64,000 nt of DNA from an uncultured Clostridia bacterium (GTDB lineage Bacteria > Bacillota > Clostridia > Christensenellales > UBA1242). The stretch covers positions 1,322 through 65,321 of the forward strand of contig CANQRC010000002.1 of the NCBI GenBank assembly GCA_947626155.1, read 5' to 3'. The notes under the pieces are model-generated. The model ran no database searches. It was not told where the DNA came from and worked only from the letters and a program-made list of their open reading frames with translations. The position numbers and the translations under genes are program-made. This document shows positions 8,862 through 17,600 of the stretch, in pieces. Within the stretch, counting starts at the first letter, position 1; the number at the start of each line of letters is the position of its first letter.

Positions 8862-8890
8862 ATTTTAACAAAATAATCCGTTTTTGTCAA
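8862..8890 (-). promoter_or_regulatory. sigma-A-type promoter of the metK leader
   Basis: The minus strand reads TTGACA, a 17-nt spacer, then TAAAAT, immediately upstream of the riboswitch. Confidence 0.6.
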
Positions 8891-8994
8891 CAACTTTTTA
8901 AAAGTTTGCCAAAAAATTGCAAAATTTGAAAAAATCACTCAAAAAATTTGCTTTTTTTCCTTGATTGTTTTATTATTTAAACAAGGAGAAGATT

Positions 8995-9606
8995 ATGAAA
9001 AAGTTTTTTAAAGAATTTAAAGCATTCATAAGCCGCGGCAACATTCTTGACATGGCTGTCGGCGTAATTATTGGCGGCGCGTTTTCTGCAATTGTAACCG
9101 CTTTCACAAACAAAATCATCATGCCTCTTGTCAATTGGGTGTTGATGGCAATTGCAGGCGGCCAAGGGCTTTCTGGCGCATACACATTTTTAAAAATTGT
9201 CCCACAAGTTGATGAAGTTGGAGACTTTATTCCTGGCACAATTGACCTTGCAAACAGCATTTACATAGATTGGGGTGCATTTATAACCGCCATTTTGGAC
9301 TTCTTGATTATTGCTCTCACACTTTTCATCATTTTGAAGGTGGCAATGAATGCAAGAGGCTTCATAACCAAAGCGGCTAAAGAAACTCCAACAAAAGAAG
9401 AAAGAAAAGCTTTGAAAGAACAAGGCGTTGATATGAAAGACCGCAAGGCAGTTGTTGCTGCAACGGCAGAACTTCGCGAGAAGAACAAACCAGCTCCTGT
9501 TCCACCAAAACCAACTCAGGAAGAACTTCTTACAGGAATTTTGGAAGAACTTAAAAAGCAGAACGAGAAAACCCCAGAAAAGCCAAAGAAGAAAGAGAGC
9601 AAATAA
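8995..9606 (+). CDS. mscL: large-conductance mechanosensitive channel with a long charged C-terminal extension
   Basis: '[43 protein letters not shown]' matches the MscL N-terminus and TM1. I chose the ATG at 8995, which follows 'aaggagaag'. Confidence 0.9.
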   Translation: MKKFFKEFKAFISRGNILDMAVGVIIGGAFSAIVTAFTNKIIMPLVNWVLMAIAGGQGLSGAYTFLKIVPQVDEVGDFIPGTIDLANSIYIDWGAFITAILDFLIIALTLFIILKVAMNARGFITKAAKETPTKEERKALKEQGVDMKDRKAVVAATAELREKNKPAPVPPKPTQEELLTGILEELKKQNEKTPEKPKKKESK

Positions 9607-9840
9607 GCCCTCTTTTTTTATTTTGTCCCAAAGCGCCAAATCAATATGTTGTGTGGTTCGGCGGGGCAAAACTTGGCTCAAAAACGCCATTTTTGAGTTT
9701 TACGAATAGAAAATCCCGGCTTCAAAAAACGAATTTTTGTTATAAATTTATAACAAGCTCGCCCTAAAAAGGGAGGCGTAAAACGGGCGAAAATTTTTGA
9801 AAAATTTTACAAAATTTTGAAGAACAAAAATTTTCAAAAA

Positions 9841-9893
9841 ATACTATATATTGTGATTTTTTGTTGACACAACCACTATATATATTGTAAAAT
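9841..9893 (+). promoter_or_regulatory. nrdDG promoter with two candidate NrdR boxes
   Basis: Box 1 is 'atactatatattgtga' (9841-9856), matching about 14 of 16 positions of acaCwAtATaTwGtgt. A TA-expanded second copy, 'accactatatatattgt', lies about 31 bp downstream. It sits between TTGACA (9864-9869) and TAAAAT (9888-9893). Confidence 0.65.
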
Positions 9894-9928
9894 GCTTCTT
9901 GAATAAACTTGAATTTGGAGGGGTAAAA

Positions 9929-12082
9929 ATGAAAGTTATCAAGAGAAACGGGATGTTTGTTGACTATGATCCATCAAAGATCAGAAAGGCCATTGATGCG
10001 GCAAACAAAGAAGTCAAGCCAAAGGAGAGGGCAACGCGCGACGAAGTCAAGGAAATTCTTTCTTACATAGAGGGTCTTGGCGAGGAAAGGCTGCGCGTTG
10101 AAGAAATTCAAGACATAATTGAAGAGAAACTTATGGAGTTTCAACATTTTGCGCTTGCAAAGAAATATATCATTTACAGATATAAGCGCGCACTTGTTAG
10201 AAAGTCCAACACAACCGACCTTGCCATCAAAGAACTTATTGACGGCGAGAACGAATATTGGAACACCGAAAATTCAAACAAAAACGCCCGCGTTGTGACA
10301 ACCCAACGTGACTATATTGCCGGAATCACCAGCACCGACATCACAAGAAGATTTTTGCTTCCTGAGGACATTGTTCAGGCGCACGATGCCGGAATAATTC
10401 ACTTCCATGATGCCGACTATTTTGCCCAAAACGCCCTTCACAACTGCGACCTTATAAACCTTGAAGATATGCTTCAAAATGGCACAAACATAAATGGCGT
10501 TATGATTGAAAAGCCACACAGATTTTTGACCGCAATGACCATTGCCACCCAACTTATCACGGCGGTTTCTTCAAGCCAATATGGCGGCGCAACAATTTCC
10601 ATGACACACCTTGCGCCATTTGTTCGCGACAGTTACAACAGGTATTTAAAACGTTATCAAAATCACGGCCTCACCGACAAACAGGTTGAGCAGTTTGCAA
10701 AAGAGGACTTAAAGAAAGAGATTGTCGACGGCGTTCAAACCTTCCAATATCAAATAAATTCCATGACCACCACAAACGGACAAGCCCCATTTTTGAGCGT
10801 TTGCCTCTATCTTGGCGAGACCGAGGAATATAAAGAAGAACTTGCAATGATTATTGAAGAGGTCTTGAAGCAAAGAATTCAGGGCATGAAGAACGAAAAA
10901 GGCGTTTACATCACGCCAGCCTTCCCAAAACTTTTGTATATTTTGGAGGAGGACAACATCCACGAAAACAGCAAATATTATTATTTGACAAAACTTGCGG
11001 CAGAGTGCAGCGCAAAAAGAATGGTTCCTGACTACATCTCAGAAAAGGTTATGAAACAACTTAAAATTGACAAAAACGGAAACGGGCAGTGCTATCCTTG
11101 CATGGGTTGCCGCTCTTTCCTAACCCCTTATGTTGATGAAAACGGCAAGCCAAAATATTATGGCAGGTTCAACCAGGGCGTTGTGACAATCAACCTTGTT
11201 GATGTTGCGCTTTCGTCGGAACAAGATATGCAAAAATTCTGGAAAATCTTTGACGAGAGGCTTGAACTTTGCCACCGCGCACTTCAAATTAGGCACAAGA
11301 GATTGAGCAATGCCACAAGTGATGTTGCTCCAATTCTTTGGCAGCACGGCGCGCTTGCAAGGCTGAAAAAAGGCGAGAGCATTCATGACCTTCTTCACAA
11401 CGGTTACTCCACAATTTCGCTTGGCTATGCCGGGCTTTATGAGTGCGTAAAATACATGACGGGCAAGAGCCACACCGACAACGGCGTCGGGAAAGAGTTT
11501 GGGCTTGCGGTTATGCAGCGCATGAACGACAAGTGCGCCGAATGGAAAAAAGCGGAAAAGATTGATTACAGTGTGTATGGCACGCCTATTGAGGCAACAA
11601 CTTACAAATTTGCAAAGGCGCTCAAAAAGCGTTTTGGCGAAGTTGAGGGCATAACGGACAGAAACTACATTACAAATTCTTATCACGTGCCCGTTTTTGA
11701 ACAAATTGACGCGTTTAGCAAACTTAAAATTGAAAGCGAATTCCAAAGGCTTAGCCCGGGCGGAGCGGTTTCTTATATTGAAGCGCCAAACCTCACAAAC
11801 AATTTGGATGCGGTTATGCAAGTTATAAAGTTCATTTATGACAACATCATGTATGCAGAAATCAACACAAAATCCGATTATTGTCAGGAGTGTGGCTACA
11901 GCGGCGAGATGAAAATTGACGACAACTATGAGTGGTATTGCCCAAATTGCGGAAATAGAAATCACGACAAAATGAATGTTGCAAGAAGAACTTGCGGCTA
12001 CATTGGCACAAACTTCTGGAACAAGGGCAGAACGCAAGAAATCAAAGAGAGGGTGTTGCACCTAGATAACCAAGACGCATAG
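9929..12082 (+). CDS. nrdD: anaerobic ribonucleoside-triphosphate reductase
   Basis: N-terminal ATP-cone 'VIKRNGMFVDYDPSKIRKAI'. C-terminal zinc site 'CQECGY...CPNCG' and glycyl-radical motif 'RRTCGYIG'. I chose the ATG at 9929, which follows 'ggagggg'. Confidence 0.95.
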   Translation: MKVIKRNGMFVDYDPSKIRKAIDAANKEVKPKERATRDEVKEILSYIEGLGEERLRVEEIQDIIEEKLMEFQHFALAKKYIIYRYKRALVRKSNTTDLAIKELIDGENEYWNTENSNKNARVVTTQRDYIAGITSTDITRRFLLPEDIVQAHDAGIIHFHDADYFAQNALHNCDLINLEDMLQNGTNINGVMIEKPHRFLTAMTIATQLITAVSSSQYGGATISMTHLAPFVRDSYNRYLKRYQNHGLTDKQVEQFAKEDLKKEIVDGVQTFQYQINSMTTTNGQAPFLSVCLYLGETEEYKEELAMIIEEVLKQRIQGMKNEKGVYITPAFPKLLYILEEDNIHENSKYYYLTKLAAECSAKRMVPDYISEKVMKQLKIDKNGNGQCYPCMGCRSFLTPYVDENGKPKYYGRFNQGVVTINLVDVALSSEQDMQKFWKIFDERLELCHRALQIRHKRLSNATSDVAPILWQHGALARLKKGESIHDLLHNGYSTISLGYAGLYECVKYMTGKSHTDNGVGKEFGLAVMQRMNDKCAEWKKAEKIDYSVYGTPIEATTYKFAKALKKRFGEVEGITDRNYITNSYHVPVFEQIDAFSKLKIESEFQRLSPGGAVSYIEAPNLTNNLDAVMQVIKFIYDNIMYAEINTKSDYCQECGYSGEMKIDDNYEWYCPNCGNRNHDKMNVARRTCGYIGTNFWNKGRTQEIKERVLHLDNQDA

Positions 12083-12090
12083 GAGAGGCT

Positions 12091-12591
12091 ATGAGATACA
12101 ACAAAATTCGAAAAATGGACATCTCAAACGGAACGGGCGTAAGAGTTTCAATCTTCTTTCAAGGGTGTTCGTTCCACTGCAAAAACTGTTTCAATCCCGA
12201 GACCCACGACTTTCAAGGCGGCGAGGAGTTCACGGATGAAACAATCAAAAAAGTGCTTGAACTTTGCAAGCCAGATTATATAGCTGGGCTTTCAATGTTG
12301 GGCGGCGAGCCACTGCATCCAATCAACATTGAGGGGGCAACAAAACTTGCAAAAGAGTTTAAAAAGGCTTACCCAAACAAAAATCTTTGGGTTTGGTCGG
12401 GCTTTTTGTTTGAGCAGTTGAAAGATAAGGAAATTTTCAAATACATAGACATTTTGGTTGACGGGCAATTTGTTGACGAACAAAAAAATCTCATGCTCAA
12501 ATTTCGCGGCTCCGCAAATCAGAGAATAATTGATGTTCAGCAAAGTTTAAAAACGGGCAAAACTGTTGTGTTAGATGAAAAAGACGTTTAA
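12091..12591 (+). CDS. nrdG: anaerobic ribonucleotide reductase activating protein (radical SAM)
   Basis: 'GTGVRVSIFFQGCSFHCKNCFN' contains the CxxxCxxC cluster. The gene lies directly downstream of nrdD. Confidence 0.92.
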   Translation: MRYNKIRKMDISNGTGVRVSIFFQGCSFHCKNCFNPETHDFQGGEEFTDETIKKVLELCKPDYIAGLSMLGGEPLHPINIEGATKLAKEFKKAYPNKNLWVWSGFLFEQLKDKEIFKYIDILVDGQFVDEQKNLMLKFRGSANQRIIDVQQSLKTGKTVVLDEKDV

Positions 12592-12622
12592 AAAGAAAAA
12601 AAGCAAAAAATAGGCAAAAAAT

Positions 12623-13069
12623 ATGGAAAAAATACAAATAAAAGTTAAAAAACTTAGAAAAAACGCAAAATTTCCAACTTATGGAACAGAATTTGCAGCC
12701 GGAGCAGATTTGTATGCGGCACTTGATGAGGAAACAAAAATTCTGCCGGGAGAAACAAAATTTATTCCAACTGGGCTTGCAATGGAATTGCCAGACGGAT
12801 ATGTTGGACTTGTGTTTGCCCGAAGTGGGCTTTCTTGCAAACAGGGGCTTGCGCCAGCAAACAAGGTTGGGGTTATTGACAGTGACTATCGCGGAGAACT
12901 TGTTGTTGCGCTTCACAATCATTCAAATGAGGAGCGAAAGGTTGTCGCTGGCGACAGAATTGCGCAATATGTTGTTATGCCTTACACCTATGGCTTGTTT
13001 GAGGAAGTAAAAGATTTGTCAGAAACTCAAAGGGGCGAGGGCGGTTTTGGCTCAACGGGAAAAAGATAA
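12623..13069 (+). CDS. dut: dUTP diphosphatase
   Basis: 'AAGADLYA', 'ARSGLS', 'GVIDSDYRGEL', 'GDRIAQ' and the C-terminal 'RGEGGFGSTG'. Confidence 0.93.
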   Translation: MEKIQIKVKKLRKNAKFPTYGTEFAAGADLYAALDEETKILPGETKFIPTGLAMELPDGYVGLVFARSGLSCKQGLAPANKVGVIDSDYRGELVVALHNHSNEERKVVAGDRIAQYVVMPYTYGLFEEVKDLSETQRGEGGFGSTGKR

Positions 13070-13106
13070 AAAAATAAATTTAAAATTAAAAAATATTGAA
13101 AAAATG

Positions 13107-13137
13107 GGCAAAAATTCAATTTTTTTGCCTATTTTTT
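13107..13137 (+). terminator. candidate AT-rich intrinsic terminator after dut
   Basis: ggcaaaaa-ttcaatt-tttttgcc followed by 'tattttttg'. Confidence 0.5.
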
Positions 13138-13257
13138 GTTAATTTTTTATATTTTTTTGAATTTTTTAATATTTTTTGCTTAATTTTTTCCTATTTAAAA
13201 TTTTGCCTGTAACAAAAAATTTGTTTTGCCATAAAATGCTTTTGAGGGCAACAAAAG

Positions 13258-14025
13258 ATGAATGATGCAACACTAACTTTGATTTTAGGATTTGCTTTTC
13301 CGTGTTTGATGACCACGCTGGGCGCACTGCTTATCTTCTTTTTCAACAAACAATCACAAGCTTTGAACAAAATAACAATGGGCTTGGCAAGTGGCATCAT
13401 GCTTTCCGCATCAATTTGGTCTCTTTTGATGCCCGCTTTGGAACAGGCAAAGGCGGAGTGGAACTCGGCGGCAATTGTTCCTGTGGGGTTGGGTTTTGTG
13501 TTTGGTTGTGTGCTGATGTTATTCTTAGATTTTGTTAGTAACAAGATTTTTTCGAAAAACGACGAAAAAAATCGAAAAAAAGCATATAAATTGTTCACCG
13601 CCATCACAATTCACAATATTCCCGAGGGTTTGTCGGTTGGTTTTGCAGTGGGAACTGCCATTGCAACGCACTCCGCTTTTGTTATGACCATAATGTTTGT
13701 TGTGGGGATTGCGCTCCAAAACTTTCCGGAGGGTTTGGCAACCGCTCTGCCAATGTATTCCACCACAAAAAGCAAGCCGAAAGCGTTCTGTCTTGGGTTT
13801 TTGAGCGGTGCGGTTGAGCCGGTTTTTGCCGTTTTGGGCTTTTTTCTGGCAACGTACATCACGTCTCTTCTTCCGTGGCTGTTGTCTTTTGCGGCGGGTG
13901 CAATGATTTATGTTATTGTGGAAGAGTTGATGCCGGAGATAAACACAAAGGAGCAAAAGCACATTGGCACTTGGGCGTTCGTGATTGGCTTTTTGGTTAT
14001 GATGATTCTTGACATCTGTTTGTGA
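13258..14025 (+). CDS. ZIP-family (ZupT-like) divalent metal transporter
   Basis: Multi-pass membrane protein with the paired ZIP motifs 'HNIPEGLSVG' and 'LQNFPEGLATA'. Confidence 0.85.
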   Translation: MNDATLTLILGFAFPCLMTTLGALLIFFFNKQSQALNKITMGLASGIMLSASIWSLLMPALEQAKAEWNSAAIVPVGLGFVFGCVLMLFLDFVSNKIFSKNDEKNRKKAYKLFTAITIHNIPEGLSVGFAVGTAIATHSAFVMTIMFVVGIALQNFPEGLATALPMYSTTKSKPKAFCLGFLSGAVEPVFAVLGFFLATYITSLLPWLLSFAAGAMIYVIVEELMPEINTKEQKHIGTWAFVIGFLVMMILDICL

Positions 14026-14057
14026 CCTACTTTTCTTTTTGAGAAAAGAAAAGTAGG
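14026..14057. other. perfect 14-bp stem-loop immediately after the ZIP gene stop, with no U-tract
   Basis: cctacttttctttt-tgag-aaaagaaaagtagg. Confidence 0.5.
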
Positions 14058-14139
14058 CAAAAGGAAAATCAAGCAAGGCGGCGGTTTTGCGCTCCTGCGA
14101 AGTGGGGTGCTGGGGTCTTGTGAATGCTCATCTTTGAGG

Positions 14140-14440
14140 GTGACGGTCGCCCGCTGTCATTCTGAGGCGAAGCAATCTCGCTGACGGGCTTACGGGCATT
14201 GGCGCTGGCGAAGCCGAAGAATCTCGGGCGAGGCTTCGAAGAAAAGTGGTTGAGATTCTTCATTACGCTTGCGCTTCATTCAGAATGACAGCGGGGAATG
14301 GATGAGATTCTTCACTGCGTTCAGAATGACAGCAGAGGGGTAGAATGACAGCAATGAGAGAATGATGACAGCCAGCAAAGAGGTCTCGGGAAAAATAACG
14401 CCGCGCTGCTGTCATCCTGAACGGAGCGCAAGCGGAGTGA
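14140..14440. repeat. cluster of short interspersed repeats in both orientations
   Basis: The unit is approximately GCTGTCATTCTGA(N)..GCG(N)..GAAGAATCTC. Forward copies lie at about 14143-14172 and 14396-14438, with a partial copy at about 14198-14215. Reverse copies lie at about 14241-14283 and 14293-14323, with 'gaatgacagc' fragments at about 14333-14361. Confidence 0.75.
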
Positions 14441-14475
14441 AGGATCTCAAAACAAAAAATGCAAAAAAATGGGTG

Positions 14476-14512
14476 AAAAATCACAAAAAAAGTGAAAATT
14501 TTGTGATTTTTT
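14476..14512 (+). terminator. candidate terminator or insulator hairpin upstream of the giant gene
   Basis: tcacaaaa (14481-14488), a 10-nt loop, then ttttgtga (14499-14506), followed by a T-run. Confidence 0.4.
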
Positions 14513-14640
14513 TGAATTTTTTGTTAATTTTGTCTATTTTCCACTTTTCTTTGGGTTTTTTGTCGAAAACTTGGGGCGAAAAAATATTTAGAAAAAAATC
14601 AAAAAAAATAATAAAAAGTCGAATTTTTATTTGATTTAAG

Positions 14641-14672
14641 TTGACTTTTTTTTGGCGTTATTATATTATAAT
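14641..14672 (+). promoter_or_regulatory. candidate sigma-A promoter of the giant gene
   Basis: TTGACT (14641-14646) followed by a -10-like TATTAT/TATAAT block (14664-14672). It lies inside the first 19 codons of the ORF-track model. Confidence 0.45.
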
Positions 14673-14697
14673 AATAGCAATTTTGACGGAGGGCTGT

Positions 14698-17600
14698 TTG
14701 GACAGGTTTAAACGCAGAATTGGGCTTTACATAATTTCATGTTTGATGCTTCTTTCGGCCACATTTGGAATAAGTCTCACGGCTGTTCCAAATCTTTCTT
14801 TTGCTGAAACCTCCGTTTCTGAGGCCGAGGCCGAAAGTGAAAAAGAGGCTCAAACAAACACCGCCTGGATTGATAGCGGCGTTACGGTTTATCAGGATGA
14901 ATACCTAAATTCCGACATTACTGGCACAAAGCTTGCCTTTAGGAATGTCATCTTTGGGCCAAGCGCAAAATTTTCTGGTGTGACTTCTTTGGAGTTAAAA
15001 GATTGTGTGTTTTTAACCACTGCCACCTCGGTTATTTCCAAGGCGTCGGGCTGCACTTCCACTGCGTCATATGTTTATGGGCCAAGCGTGACAAACCTTG
15101 TTTCAGGCTCCAATGTGTCAAGTGTGGCGGCCAGCACAATTCAAGATTATGTTAAGCAGGTTGGATTTTTTACATCCAAGACAAGGACAAGTTTTGGCAA
15201 TTTGTCATGGTCGGCGGCGTGGGACTTTGATAAAACTTGGGGTTATGAACTTCAAGCGGTCTCTTCGCCAACGGGCTCGGTTTCTGAGAGAACTGCCACA
15301 AACCTTTTCCCAAAGCCAAGAAGTCAACTTTCGTCCACCTCTGGCAACAAACTGAATTTTTACATGAATGTTGGCGGAAAATTTGACGCAAATGTTTCGG
15401 CTTATTATTCGGGAACGCTGTCAAGTTCAAGCGCGCTTACATTAAACACAAGTTTCAACCCATTTTCAAGAAAAGGTTACACATTGACTGGTTGGGCAAA
15501 AGAGCCAACGGGCACGCCAAGCACGACAATTAAGATAACCACAAATGAGGCGCACGACTTCTACGCATTTTGGAAGCCAAATACCTATAAAATTGTTTTG
15601 AACGACAATGGCGGCTCGGGCGGCGCGGTTACGCCTATGTTTTATCAGTTTGAGCAGTCCAAGGCACAGTCTGGCTATACTTCATACTATTACACCGACT
15701 ACGCTTGCGCAACTCCTGTTGCAAACAACACTATTAAAACCAAGCCAACGCGCCCTGGCTACACCTTTGCTGGCTACTGGAGCACTACAACTGGCGGGAC
15801 GTGCTATATAAAATCAGACGGTGGCTTCCAAAACAGCATCTACACAAAACTTCCATCTGCGGTGAATAGTGGGGCGAATGACAACGGCTGCACAAGCGCA
15901 AGCGACGCCACAAACGGCGTTGTAAATTTGTATGCTCACTGGACGCCAAACACTTACAAAATCCTTCTGGACGACAACAGAACTGCTGGCTCGGGCGACA
16001 AGACCGGCGCGCCAGCCACAATGTATTATCAATATGGTCAATCTAAGACGCAGACGGGATACACTTCATATTATTACACTGACTACGCTTGCAACACCCC
16101 TGTTGCAAACAACAAGATTACAACCTTGCCAACTTGGGCTGGGCATACTTTCCAAGGTTATTACAGCGCAAAGACGAGTGGGACATGCTTTATAAAATCA
16201 GACGGCGGCTACCAAAACAGCATTTACGCAAAACGTCCATCAGAAGTAAACAGCGGCGCGAATGATAACAATTGCACGGGCGCAAGTGACACAACAAACG
16301 GCATTGTTAGACTTTACGCTCAATGGAAAACAAACACCTACACCGTCACCTACAAGGCGAACACTGGCACGGGCGCTGACCAAACGCAAACAATAACCTA
16401 TGGCACAAATTGGACGGTAAAAGGAAACACAACTTTCACCAAGACGGGTTACACTTTGGACCACTGGAACACCTCGGCGGACGACAAAGGCACAACCTAC
16501 GCTTGCAACTCAACCAAAAGCACTTGGTCAGCTTTGACGCTTTATGCAATTTGGAAAGCAAACAATTATACCGTAAAATATGATTGGCAGATTGACACCG
16601 TTAAGCAGTCGCATCAGATGTATTTTGACAGCACCAACCCAAGTTATGACAGCGGATTTAAATTAAATTGGAATAATAGTTTTATATTGATAACTACAGT
16701 AAATGTTCCATCATTTGCATCAAGCACCAACAGACATTTGGTGTATGGTGACTATGACGGCAAGGGGCATGATTTTAACATTGAAATTTATGGCTCAAAC
16801 AACGCTACAAATTTTGGAAAAGTGAGTGTTTGGCTTGATGGCGAAGCGAAGGTCTCTGATGTGGCGTTTGGTACTGCCGACCAAGGAAAAGACATAACTT
16901 TCACTTTCACATGGAACGCGCCTGCAAAATCATGGAGTTTGAAAGTTGTTGGCGGAAACAGCAGAAACTATACATTAACCGGAACTGCCACGCGTTCGGG
17001 CGAGGCAACGGGCACCCTTAAAGTGGGAATTGCGGACAACAGAGGAGGAAATCCTGCGTTTGCTCCTATTAAGTCAACCGCGCCACAAATCATCTACACA
17101 GACTCCACAACTCCATTTGAAAAGGCACATACATATAATACAAACTACACATTCCCAACCCTCACTTCTCCTGGCTACACCTGCAAGTGGTATAACGCCG
17201 CAAGTGGCGGAACTGAAGTGACCACTTCAACAAAAATGACTTCCGTTTCAACAGTAACGGTTTATGCGCGCTGGACTGTTCAACAGGCAACTTTGACAAT
17301 CAATCCGGGCGGCGGAAAATATAAAGGCTCGGCAAGCAACACCACAGTTAAACAAAACTACGGCACAAGTTTGGCGCTTGACCTGCCTACGCGTGACGGC
17401 TACACCTTTAAGGGCTGGAAACTTACCGCTGGCGGCGGAGTTGGAAGCATTGAACAAGAGGTTTCTTCCACCGGGGCGATTGCCAAAACTCTTATGTATG
17501 ACAATGGCATTCCTTATTGGAAGTTCACATATTCTGCTGCAAAAACGGCGGCTGACAGCTGGATTGCAATCACATGGCCAACTTATAAGTTTACTGCTGG

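Noticed and set aside
13209-13237. A Zur/metalloregulator operator upstream of the ZIP transporter. A small dyad, AACAAA-AAA-TTTGTT, lies at 13211-13225 within a weak promoter.
   Set aside because: It does not resemble the Firmicutes Zur box (TCGTAAT-N-ATTACGA type), and short AT-only dyads are frequent here. I kept it as a note only.
14140-14440. Possible CRISPR array.
   Set aside because: The repeats occur in both orientations, are imperfect and irregularly spaced, have no unique spacers of uniform length, and no cas genes are nearby.
14641-14654. An identical 14-mer, TTGACTTTTTTTTG, at the -35 region of both the giant gene (14641) and the ESCRT-like operon (58816), as a hint of co-regulation.
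   Set aside because: The sequence is a -35 hexamer followed by a T-run in very AT-rich intergenic DNA. A chance match is plausible, and I cannot infer co-regulation from it.
14641-14697. The first 19 codons of the ORF-track model of the giant gene.
   Set aside because: This stretch contains the -35/-10-like elements and the Shine-Dalgarno site, and the peptide 'MTFFWRYYIIIIAILTEGC' is not part of a sensible signal peptide. I moved the start to the TTG at 14698.
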